Positions 18,004 to 26,632 of a DNA stretch of 33,057 bases are shown here, one piece after another (position 1 is the stretch's first letter; the number at the start of each line of letters is the position of its first letter). The position numbers and the translations under genes are program-made. Origin of the DNA: a virus (lineage: Duplodnaviria; Heunggongvirae; Uroviricota; Caudoviricetes); the IMG/VR virus record IMGVR_UViG_2897328257_000006, positions 1-33,057 of that record. One strand, 5' to 3'. Under the pieces are notes generated by a model. That model saw nothing but the letters and a program-made list of their open reading frames with translations. It was not told where the DNA came from and did not search any database.

Positions 18004-18747
18004 TTAACTGGCTTTCTTTTTCGGGCGTCCACGTTTTGCCGGTGTCGCACTCCGGGTCTTACGCGGGGCGCGGGTGGCCGCTTTTGGCTGCGGCTCCGGC
18101 TTCGGTTTCAGCTCCCGCTCCAGTCGTTCAATCTCTTTTTTGACGCCTGCCTGACAGTCGAGCTGTGTCGCACGTTGCAGGTGCGCCAGTGCCCCTGCGG
18201 CATCACCAGCGTCACGCAGAAACAGACCGGTGATTTTGTGCAGCTTTGCGCGCACTTCATCAGGCATGTCTGCCGTGGCGGTCAGTTCAAGGGTCTCCGT
18301 CAGCAGGCGGGGTTCCACGGATTCACCGGCAGCGTGAGCGCGCATGGCCGCAAGCGCCACCTCCTCGGTGAACATGTACGGCGGGGTACGGCGGTGTTTA
18401 CCCGGCATGGTCAGACCGTACTTCAGGGCATAACGGGCAATCTCCAGCGCACCGGCAATATCGCCGGTATCCAGACGCCACAGCATGACCGTCATCAGAA
18501 TGTCATCCTGTGCACCTTTGCCCTGCTCCAGCACACCGTTCACCCACGGCAACCAGAACGGCAGCAGTTCGCGCTTTTTCGCGGCCTTAAGCTCTTTTGA
18601 ATAAATTGCTTTCAGTGTGCGCTGGTCTGCGGCGAGCTTAACCAGCATCTGCTCATAGACAGTTGCATGTCGCAGCGGGGCGGCGTCCCGCTGCGCGGTC
18701 ATCGCTGCCGAGACCCGCATCATGTGGCGCTGTGCGGGACTCGTCAT
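18004..18747 (-). CDS. M: Terminase small subunit M (247 aa)
   Basis: 247-aa ORF in P2 synteny after N; basic C-terminal tail. Confidence 0.88.
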   Translation of the reverse strand: MTSPAQRHMMRVSAAMTAQRDAAPLRHATVYEQMLVKLAADQRTLKAIYSKELKAAKKRELLPFWLPWVNGVLEQGKGAQDDILMTVMLWRLDTGDIAGALEIARYALKYGLTMPGKHRRTPPYMFTEEVALAAMRAHAAGESVEPRLLTETLELTATADMPDEVRAKLHKITGLFLRDAGDAAGALAHLQRATQLDCQAGVKKEIERLERELKPKPEPQPKAATRAPRKTRSATPAKRGRPKKKAS

Positions 18748-18750
18748 CGG

Positions 18751-19824
18751 TTACGCTCCCGGCTCTGCGGTCGCTTTAGCCGGTGTGGAGAAATCACCGA
18801 CCTTAATTTTTTCCACCAGACAACCGGCGGCGTAGTCCTCCACCACGTAATCAATGTTCATTGACTCGTAGTTCTCCACGCGGTCGAGTTTCGGGTTTTC
18901 CTCAATCACGCGGCGATGGCTGTCATCCATGTAGTAGATGGACAGGTTTTCCAGCTTCGTGATGAGCATCGCATCCGCCGGGAAGTACGGGACGCGTACC
19001 GCTGGCAGGTTGCCGATGCGTTTCTGGCTGATGATGACGTCAGCGGCCAGCATTTCGCTGTTGTCCTGCTCCTTGTTGACGATGGGAAAATACTTGTCCG
19101 CCAGTAGCTGACGCCCCACAATCACCACAAGGTCAGGGTCTTCCTGATACCACGGTTCAATCAGGTTGTTGGTCGCATCCATCACCAGTGCATCAAGGCT
19201 GGCATAATCACCGCCCTTACCCACGCGGATGACCTCAGAGGTGGTGTGCCCTTCCTCGTCAGTGACCTTGCTCATCACGCGCGCCGGGGCTTCATTGCGG
19301 TATTTCTGCAGCCAGCCGACCGCCACATCCTGCAGCATCGGATTGCTGCTGCGGTCAGAGGTTTCGGCACGCGTCACGCCGTTAAAACCGGCCATGATGA
19401 AATCAAGGGACTGGCGTTTGATAATGGCGTTACGGATACGGAGCTGGAAATCCTGATAACGCGCCCACAGGTCCAGCGTTTTGTAGCGGATATAAAAATC
19501 GAAGTTAATCTGGTCGCATTCGTACTTGTTTGACGCCAGCTTCGAGAAGTCCTTCGGCTGACGCTCGGTGCCACCGGCGGTGTCGGTGGTGCTGGCGATG
19601 GAGCCGGTGACACCAATACCAATTTTTTCCCCTTTCATTTCGCTGACCGGCACAATGTTGATGCGGGTCAGAAAGTCAGAGGACTCCTGCATGGTGTTCA
19701 TCAGGGTCTGGGTGACCGACGGTTCAACGGTGAATTTTTTCGACACATCACCGGCGTCGATGCCGTTCAGTTCGGCAACACGGGACAGGTAGGCATTAAA
19801 TTTAAAGCGGGTTTCCTGGCGCAT
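18751..19824 (-). CDS. N: Major capsid protein N (357 aa)
   Basis: 357-aa ORF in P2 synteny after the scaffold gene O. Confidence 0.9.
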   Translation of the reverse strand: MRQETRFKFNAYLSRVAELNGIDAGDVSKKFTVEPSVTQTLMNTMQESSDFLTRINIVPVSEMKGEKIGIGVTGSIASTTDTAGGTERQPKDFSKLASNKYECDQINFDFYIRYKTLDLWARYQDFQLRIRNAIIKRQSLDFIMAGFNGVTRAETSDRSSNPMLQDVAVGWLQKYRNEAPARVMSKVTDEEGHTTSEVIRVGKGGDYASLDALVMDATNNLIEPWYQEDPDLVVIVGRQLLADKYFPIVNKEQDNSEMLAADVIISQKRIGNLPAVRVPYFPADAMLITKLENLSIYYMDDSHRRVIEENPKLDRVENYESMNIDYVVEDYAAGCLVEKIKVGDFSTPAKATAEPGA

Positions 19825-19882
19825 AGTTTTTCCTGAAATTAAGGGTTAATCGTGAAGGTTTTCCCGGACTGACTGACACCGG

Positions 19883-20737
19883 TCAGCAGTTCGTCATCAG
19901 GGCGTCACCGCCACCGCCGGTGGCCTTGCTGCGGCGCTGCTGGGTCAGACTTTCGGTGTGGTCGAGACTGTTTTTCAGGCGGGTGAATGCCTGGCTGGTT
20001 TCATCCGCTCTGTCAGTCACCTCCTGCTTAAGTGCGGAAAAAGCGGTTTCCATCTCAGCGAGGCGCTGCTCAGTGGCGCTCAGTTTTTCCTGCACATGTT
20101 CAGCAACAGCGGTCACCGCTTCATGCACGTCATTCAGACGGGCGTCATCGCTGGCCTGTTTGCGGCCAAAAATGGATTTCACCTTTTCGGTCAGGGCGGT
20201 GAACACGGTTTCAGGCAGGTCTTCAAATTCCAGCTCAACAGGCGTTGCCACTGAAATCAGGTTTTCAGGGCTTAATTTGAAGCGGTTCAGGGGGTTGTGT
20301 TTTGCCGTGCGGCAGAATTCCAGGTATTCCGTGCCGAGGCTTGCCGGGTCATCGGTGACGGCCAGCCCCACCAGATAACATTTGCCGGTGTTGGCAAAGT
20401 TCGGCTGAATTTCCATTGAGGTGTAGACCTTCTGCGCGGCCTTGTTCATCGCGATAAGGTCATCGGTCGGGGTGATTTTCGCAAACAGCGCCCATTTGCC
20501 TTTCAGCGCCGAATCATCGTCAATCTTTTCGGCCTTCAGTTCGGCCACATCGCCATAACGCTTAAAAATACCGTCAGGCAGGATGCCGCGCAGATGTTCC
20601 AGGTTAATGCGGCAACCATAGACTCGCGGGTCAAAGGTTTCGGCCATTTCCTGAATATCCTGCGCACTGATGACACGCCCGTCACAGGTGTCACCCTCAA
20701 CGCCGATACGAAAGAATTTTGAGACTTTTTTTGCCAT
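19883..20737 (-). CDS. O: Capsid scaffold protein O (284 aa)
   Basis: ATG at 20737 gives MAKKVSKFFRIGVEGDTCDG... and the P2 length of 284 aa; the track ORF extends further upstream. Confidence 0.88.
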   Translation of the reverse strand: MAKKVSKFFRIGVEGDTCDGRVISAQDIQEMAETFDPRVYGCRINLEHLRGILPDGIFKRYGDVAELKAEKIDDDSALKGKWALFAKITPTDDLIAMNKAAQKVYTSMEIQPNFANTGKCYLVGLAVTDDPASLGTEYLEFCRTAKHNPLNRFKLSPENLISVATPVELEFEDLPETVFTALTEKVKSIFGRKQASDDARLNDVHEAVTAVAEHVQEKLSATEQRLAEMETAFSALKQEVTDRADETSQAFTRLKNSLDHTESLTQQRRSKATGGGGDALMTNC

Positions 20738-20910
20738 TGTCAGGAGTCCTGAATAGTGATTAGAGGAGTCACATGTCGGCATCAGTTTCCCGACGATGCG
20801 CATCCTCCGCCATCAGTCCCGGATGGCTTATCACTGACACAACAGCACCTTAGCGAATCGCAGGGCGCGACTCAGTAGCCTTGCCGTGTATTCATCACGG
20901 CGAGGTATTC

Positions 20911-22683
20911 ATGACCATCACCACAGACACCACTCTTTTACACGACCCGCGTCGTCAGGCGGCGCTGCTGTACTGGCAGGGGTTTTCCGTGCCGCAGATT
21001 GCCGCCATGTTGCAGATGAAACGCCCGACGGTGCAGAGCTGGAAACAGCGCGACGGCTGGGACAGCGTTGCCCCCATCAGCCGTGTCGAAATGAGTCTGG
21101 AAGCGCGACTGACCCAGCTCATCATCAAACCGCAGAAAACCGGCGGTGACTTCAAGGAAATTGACCTGCTCGGACGCCAGATTGAACGACTGGCACGGGT
21201 CAACCGCTACAGTCAGACCGGCAACGAGGCAGACCTTAATCCGAACGTCGCTAACCGCAACAAAGGCGGGCGTCGCAAACCGAAAAAGAATTTTTTCAGT
21301 GACGAGGCCATCGAAAAGCTGGAGCAGATTTTCTTTGAGCAGTCTTTCGAATATCAGTTGCACTGGTATCGCGCCGGGCTTGAGCACCGCATCCGCGATA
21401 TCCTGAAATCCCGCCAGATTGGCGCGACGTTTTATTTTTCCCGCGAGGCGCTGCTGCGCGCCCTGAAAACCGGCCATAACCAGATTTTTCTGTCAGCCAG
21501 TAAAACGCAGGCGTATGTGTTCCGCGAATACATCATCGCCTTTGCCCGGCTGGTTGACGTTGACCTGACCGGTGACCCGATTGTCCTGGGCAATAACGGC
21601 GCAAAACTGATTTTTCTCGGCACCAACTCCAACACCGCGCAGAGCCATAACGGCGACCTGTACGTCGACGAGATTTTCTGGATCCCGAATTTTCAGGTAC
21701 TGCGTAAGGTGGCATCAGGTATGGCCTCACAGAGTCACCTGCGCTCGACCTATTTCTCCACCCCGTCCACGCTGGCGCACGACGCCTACCCGTTCTGGTC
21801 GGGTGAACTGTTTAACCGGGGACGCGCCAGCGCCGCCGAACGCGTGGAAATCGACGTCAGTCATAACGCCCTTGCCGGAGGTCTTCTCTGTGCGGACGGC
21901 CAGTGGCGGCAGATTGTCACCATTGAGGACGCCCTGAAAGGCGGCTGCACGCTGTTCGACATTGAGCAGCTCAAACGCGAAAACAGCGCCGACGATTTTA
22001 AAAACCTGTTCATGTGTGAATTTGTTGACGACAAGGCGTCGGTGTTCCCGTTCGAGGAGCTGCAACGCTGCATGGTCGACACGCTGGAAGAATGGGAAGA
22101 CTATGCGCCGTTTGCCGCAAATCCGTTCGGCTCCCGCCCGGTATGGATTGGTTACGACCCGTCACACCGTGGCGACAGCGCCGGATGCGTGGTACTGGCA
22201 CCGCCGGTGGTGGCCGGTGGCAAATTCAGAATACTTGAGCGTCACCAGTGGAAAGGCATGGACTTTGCCACCCAGGCTGAATCCATCCGCAAACTCACCG
22301 GAAAATACAACGTCGAATACATCGGAATTGATGCCACCGGCCTCGGTGTCGGCGTGTTCCAGCTCGTGCGCTCGTTCTATCCCGCCGCGCGTGATATCCG
22401 CTACACGCCGGAAATGAAAACCGCAATGGTGCTCAAGGCAAAAGACGTTATCCGCCGTGGCTGTCTGGAATACGACGTCAGCGCCACCGACATCACCAGC
22501 TCGTTTATGGCTATCCGCAAGACCATGACCAGCAGCGGACGCAGCGCCACCTATGAGGCCAGCCGCAGCGAGGAAGCCAGCCACGCCGACCTCGCCTGGG
22601 CGACCATGCACGCCCTGTTAAATGAGCCACTCACCGCCGGTATCAGCACCCCGCTGACATCCACCATTCTGGAGTTTTACTGA
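20911..22683 (+). CDS. P: Terminase large subunit P (590 aa)
   Basis: ATG at 20911 preceded by GAGG gives MTITTDTTLLHDPRRQAALLYWQGF... and 590 aa; stop overlaps the Q start (TGATG). Confidence 0.9.
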   Translation: MTITTDTTLLHDPRRQAALLYWQGFSVPQIAAMLQMKRPTVQSWKQRDGWDSVAPISRVEMSLEARLTQLIIKPQKTGGDFKEIDLLGRQIERLARVNRYSQTGNEADLNPNVANRNKGGRRKPKKNFFSDEAIEKLEQIFFEQSFEYQLHWYRAGLEHRIRDILKSRQIGATFYFSREALLRALKTGHNQIFLSASKTQAYVFREYIIAFARLVDVDLTGDPIVLGNNGAKLIFLGTNSNTAQSHNGDLYVDEIFWIPNFQVLRKVASGMASQSHLRSTYFSTPSTLAHDAYPFWSGELFNRGRASAAERVEIDVSHNALAGGLLCADGQWRQIVTIEDALKGGCTLFDIEQLKRENSADDFKNLFMCEFVDDKASVFPFEELQRCMVDTLEEWEDYAPFAANPFGSRPVWIGYDPSHRGDSAGCVVLAPPVVAGGKFRILERHQWKGMDFATQAESIRKLTGKYNVEYIGIDATGLGVGVFQLVRSFYPAARDIRYTPEMKTAMVLKAKDVIRRGCLEYDVSATDITSSFMAIRKTMTSSGRSATYEASRSEEASHADLAWATMHALLNEPLTAGISTPLTSTILEFY

Positions 22684-23717
22684 TGAGCAAGAAAAAAGGG
22701 AAAACACCGCAACCTGCGGCAAAAACAATGACCGCCAGCGCCCCGAAAATGGAGGCATTCACCTTTGGTGAGCCGGTGCCGGTACTCGACCGCCGTGACA
22801 TTCTGGATTACGTCGAGTGTATCAGTAACGGCAGATGGTATGAGCCACCGGTCAGCTTTACCGGTCTGGCAAAAAGCCTGCGTGCTGCCGTGCATCACAG
22901 CTCACCGATTTACGTCAAACGCAATATTCTGGCTTCAACGTTTATCCCGCACCCGTGGCTTTCGCAACAGGATTTCAGCCGCTTTGTGCTGGATTTTCTG
23001 GTGTTCGGTAATGCGTTTCTGGAAAAGCGATACAGCACCACCGGTAAGGTCATCAGACTGGAAACCTCACCGGCAAAATATACCCGCCGTGGTGTGGAAG
23101 AGGATGTTTACTGGTGGGTGCCGTCCTTCAACGAGCCGACAGCCTTCACGCCCGGCTCCGTGTTTCACCTGCTGGAGCCGGATATTAATCAGGAGCTGTA
23201 CGGCCTGCCGGAATATCTCAGCGCCCTTAATTCTGCCTGGCTGAATGAGTCGGCCACGCTGTTTCGCCGCAAGTATTACGAAAACGGCGCACATGCCGGA
23301 TACATCATGTACGTCACTGATGCCGTGCAGGATCGCAACGATATCGAAATGCTTCGCGAAAACATGGTGAAGTCGAAAGGCCGCAACAACTTTAAAAATC
23401 TGTTTCTCTATGCCCCGCAGGGGAAAGCCGACGGCATTAAAATTATCCCGCTCAGTGAAGTGGCAACGAAGGACGATTTTTTTAATATCAAAAAAGCCAG
23501 CGCCGCTGACCTGCTGGACGCGCACCGCATCCCCTTTCAGTTGATGGGCGGCAAGCCGGAGAACGTCGGGTCGTTGGGTGATATTGAGAAAGTGGCAAAG
23601 GTCTTTGTCCGCAATGAGCTTATCCCGCTACAGGACAGGATCCGCGAGATAAACGGCTGGCTCGGTCAGGAGGTCATCCGCTTTAAAAACTACTCACTGG
23701 ACACTGACAACGGCTGA
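22683..23717 (+). CDS. Q: Portal protein Q (344 aa)
   Basis: 344-aa ORF transcribed toward the cos site, as in P2. Confidence 0.9.
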   Translation: MSKKKGKTPQPAAKTMTASAPKMEAFTFGEPVPVLDRRDILDYVECISNGRWYEPPVSFTGLAKSLRAAVHHSSPIYVKRNILASTFIPHPWLSQQDFSRFVLDFLVFGNAFLEKRYSTTGKVIRLETSPAKYTRRGVEEDVYWWVPSFNEPTAFTPGSVFHLLEPDINQELYGLPEYLSALNSAWLNESATLFRRKYYENGAHAGYIMYVTDAVQDRNDIEMLRENMVKSKGRNNFKNLFLYAPQGKADGIKIIPLSEVATKDDFFNIKKASAADLLDAHRIPFQLMGGKPENVGSLGDIEKVAKVFVRNELIPLQDRIREINGWLGQEVIRFKNYSLDTDNG

Positions 23718-23886
23718 ACATCGCCGCCTGCGGGCGGCTTTTTTACACCCCGTCATCACGCCCTCACACGCTCACCTCCACGCAAAACAGCCCGCAGACA
23801 CACCGACGCCCCGGCACACAATCTAAACGCCATCACGACGCGCTGAGACGCCGAAAAAATAAAATCAGCACCACCGCCAGCGCGCA

Positions 23887-23905
23887 GTGCTTTCCCCGCC
23901 TCGCC
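23887..23905. other. cos site (19-nt cohesive end sequence)
   Basis: GTGCTTTCCCCGCCTCGCC is the reverse complement of the remembered P2 cohesive end GGCGAGGCGGGGAAAGCAC; lies between Q and the cargo locus. Confidence 0.8.
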
Positions 23906-24022
23906 CGCCCGCTTAATGGGGCGGTTTTAATGCGGGTGCATAACCACTTCTTACCCACATCAATTCTGGTCAAGCCAAGCAGTACAACTTATGATTTCAA
24001 GATGCAAACTCATGCAGCAATG

Positions 24023-25216
24023 TTAAATTCTGCATCCATCGGTTTGAAAATGTGATCCGTTTTTCGAATTCAAACTCAACTCTGTTTGACTCTTTTGAAC
24101 ATTAATAGTTTTACCAGTAAGGACATCCAAAACCCCTGCAGCAACAGCCTGCGCCAATTTACAAGGCACAGCATTCCCTATCTGACGCCAAATTGACGAA
24201 TTTTTCCCCACAAAGACATAATTACTCGGGAATGTTTGAATCAAAAGAGCCTCATCTATCGTTAGTCGACGTAAACGACTAGGTACATCGTGCATATCTT
24301 TTGGCTCACCACCATTCATTAGATGATTATGATAAGTCTCAACATAACTTGTTGAGCCATCATAAAGGTGTTCTTCATCAATAATTGGTGTCCTATTCCC
24401 CCCCATAGAAGCAGCTATAGTTGAAGCATACCCATTCGGGTTAATTGGTCTTCCCTGCCCGTTAAACATCATTCCCGCGTAAGGTGACTTCCGTAATACT
24501 GGCTTAGCAGCATTTGTAATCCTTGCATTACAGACTCTTGAATTGTTTGGATTACCCGCTCGCCCTAAAGGCCGAATAATCTCACCAACTGTGGGCGAAA
24601 GATATTGGTATTTTTTTATCGCCACCTCAACTCGTTTCACATCATTTTCGGAACGAAACCCTATAAAAAACATACGTTCCCTATTCTGAGGAACGCCAAA
24701 ATCTTTAGAATTCAGCACCAGCAAGGCTGAACGATAGCCTGACTTTTCAGCCATCTTAAACAGTTCACACCTAACTGGTTCAAATTTGGACAACTGTGCT
24801 AAAGCCTTAACATTCTCCATAACAAAGCATTCTGGTTGAATTATATCCACCGCCCGCATGAATGACATAACCAGCTTACTACGTGGATCATGAGCGTCCA
24901 TTTTCCCTGCCACAGAAAATCCTTGGCATGGAGGCCCACCAAAAACACAACCTATATTTTTCAGCCCAGACAATTCACTTAGCATCTCATCAATATCACC
25001 ACAAAAAACAGGTGATTCATGATTAAGCTTAAATGTATCACATGCATCCTTATCTATATCATTGGCCCAAACTGTTCGGAACCCGGCATTAGAGAAACCG
25101 ACATCCATCCCTCCTGCCCCAGTAAATAAGCTCACCGCTGAAATTTTGTTCACTTCTTTAGCACCAATTATTCGATTTTGGAATAAAACCAATGATAGGT
25201 AAGGATCGACACACAA
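24023..25216 (-). CDS. DNA (cytosine-5) methyltransferase of a type II R-M system; probable true start GTG at 25153 (376 aa)
   Basis: m5C-MTase motifs seen in order: FTGAGG (I), PPCQGFS (IV), ENV (VI), QNRER (VIII), GNAVP (X). The track ORF uses a TTG that overlaps the divergent controller ORF; the GTG at 25153 gives MNKISAVSLFTGAGG. Confidence 0.85.
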   Translation of the reverse strand: MCVDPYLSLVLFQNRIIGAKEVNKISAVSLFTGAGGMDVGFSNAGFRTVWANDIDKDACDTFKLNHESPVFCGDIDEMLSELSGLKNIGCVFGGPPCQGFSVAGKMDAHDPRSKLVMSFMRAVDIIQPECFVMENVKALAQLSKFEPVRCELFKMAEKSGYRSALLVLNSKDFGVPQNRERMFFIGFRSENDVKRVEVAIKKYQYLSPTVGEIIRPLGRAGNPNNSRVCNARITNAAKPVLRKSPYAGMMFNGQGRPINPNGYASTIAASMGGNRTPIIDEEHLYDGSTSYVETYHNHLMNGGEPKDMHDVPSRLRRLTIDEALLIQTFPSNYVFVGKNSSIWRQIGNAVPCKLAQAVAAGVLDVLTGKTINVQKSQTELSLNSKNGSHFQTDGCRI

Positions 25217-25506
25217 TCAATCACCTTCTAAACCACATGGCAAAACGACAACCAACTATACATGATCATAGATACAGGTGCCTAGTCCAGCTTCTCACCA
25301 AACTACGCAAAGAAGCTTCTCTTTCGCAGTCAGAATTGGCCATTTTTCTAGGATTATCACAATCAGATATATCTAAAATCGAAAGCTTTGAAAGGCGATT
25401 AGATGCTTTAGAACTATTTGAATTATTAGAGGTGGTTGCAAGCCGATTAGGTCTACCAATGGATATCTTACTAAAGGACACCTATGAAAGTATTAGTAAA
25501 TCATGA
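25192..25506 (+). CDS. Controller (C) protein, XRE-type helix-turn-helix regulator (89-104 aa depending on start)
   Basis: HTH-like segment LSQSELAIFLGLSQSDISKIE; divergent from the MTase and overlapping the start of the downstream endonuclease ORF, the usual C-R arrangement. Alternative start ATG at 25237. Confidence 0.65.
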   Translation: MIGKDRHTINHLLNHMAKRQPTIHDHRYRCLVQLLTKLRKEASLSQSELAIFLGLSQSDISKIESFERRLDALELFELLEVVASRLGLPMDILLKDTYESISKS

Positions 25507-26539
25507 GCAAGCCTATAATGTAATTATAAATGCAATCAACGATGCAAAAAAATTAACTGATTACAAAACAAATAATCAATGGGTCTCCATTCAAAATGTA
25601 ATTTTAGGCACCCACCTTACATACAGATATATACTTATTACTGGTTTACTTGCTAAAGCAACAGACCCTAGAGTAAACCCTCTGGCTTTACAAGCTAATG
25701 CCCCCGTAGACGGAGCCTATGATGCAAGAAGTTTATGTCATTCGGTAATAGTAGGCAAAGTAGAAGGCCCATTTTTAGAGGGTAAGTTAGGCGCATCAAA
25801 TGAGCCATTTCTAAATAAACCAGCTCGTTACATGCTCCACTCCTCTGATAACCCTGTGCGCAGAGGAAATGATAAGGTTTTACAACAACTTTCAATTGAT
25901 ATATTACATGCAGCAACAACCCAAATCTTAGCTTATGAAATGCTTGTTATTGCATTATATTTTACCCTACAGCGAACCAATAGAGTTATAACGCCGAACT
26001 CAATTAATTTTGATTTCCATAAGATTATTTATAATATTATATCTCATCCTTGTGATGGAGAAACATGCGCGATTGCTGCCGCAATTTCGTTACACTTATT
26101 AGGTGAACAAAGAGGATGGATAATAAAAGCACATCCCGTCAATCAGGCCGGTAGCTCCTCAAAAGAGATACTGGACATAGATGTATATCATGATGATATA
26201 GTTTTCCTTTCTATAGAAGTGAAAGACAAACCATTTAATTATCAAGATGTTAATCACGCCGTTTCAAAAGCATCTGCATCCGGGATTTCAAAAGTTATCT
26301 TCCTTAAAGGGCCAAGAGCAACAAACTTAGATATTGATGAGTCTATTGCGATTGAGAACGCTGCGACAAAAGGTGTTTCACTAAGCTTTAGTGACGTCAT
26401 GACATTCACAACAACATGTTATGCGTTATCGCCACTATTAAGTAATGACAGAATAATAGATTTCATAAATAACACTTTAAAAGACATCAGAGCTAAAGAT
26501 AGCACTATAGAATACATACAATCCATATTTAAAAATTAA
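25484..26539 (+). CDS. Putative type II restriction endonuclease (351 aa)
   Basis: Position downstream of and overlapping the C gene, opposite the MTase; candidate PD-(D/E)xK-like element in DIDVYHDDIVFLSIEVKDK; AAGGA RBS; AT-rich. Enzymatic identity is inferred from context, not proven. Confidence 0.6.
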   Translation: MKVLVNHEQAYNVIINAINDAKKLTDYKTNNQWVSIQNVILGTHLTYRYILITGLLAKATDPRVNPLALQANAPVDGAYDARSLCHSVIVGKVEGPFLEGKLGASNEPFLNKPARYMLHSSDNPVRRGNDKVLQQLSIDILHAATTQILAYEMLVIALYFTLQRTNRVITPNSINFDFHKIIYNIISHPCDGETCAIAAAISLHLLGEQRGWIIKAHPVNQAGSSSKEILDIDVYHDDIVFLSIEVKDKPFNYQDVNHAVSKASASGISKVIFLKGPRATNLDIDESIAIENAATKGVSLSFSDVMTFTTTCYALSPLLSNDRIIDFINNTLKDIRAKDSTIEYIQSIFKN

Positions 26540-26546
26540 TACTCCC

Positions 26547-26581
26547 GGGACAATATAGTTCACAACTACGTTGTCCCTTTT
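26547..26581 (+). terminator. Hairpin GGGACAA/TTGTCCC plus TTTT downstream of the putative endonuclease gene
   Basis: 7-bp stem with 17-nt loop followed by a T-run, in the convergent gap between the endonuclease and A genes. Confidence 0.45.
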
Positions 26582-26632
26582 AAAACAGTCAAGCAATTGC
26601 ATTATATTAATTATTTACTTTTTATCACAATC

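Noticed and set aside
21432-22611. Minus-strand ORFs inside terminase gene P (21727..22065, 22162..22611 and others) and plus-strand ORFs inside N, M and FI
   Set aside because: Antisense shadow ORFs within conserved capsid and terminase genes; there are no intergenic gaps and the composition is atypical.
23940-24022. Inverted repeat ATGCAG-N12-CTGCAT downstream of the MTase gene as its terminator
   Set aside because: No T-run follows on the minus strand and the stem is short; insufficient for a terminator call.
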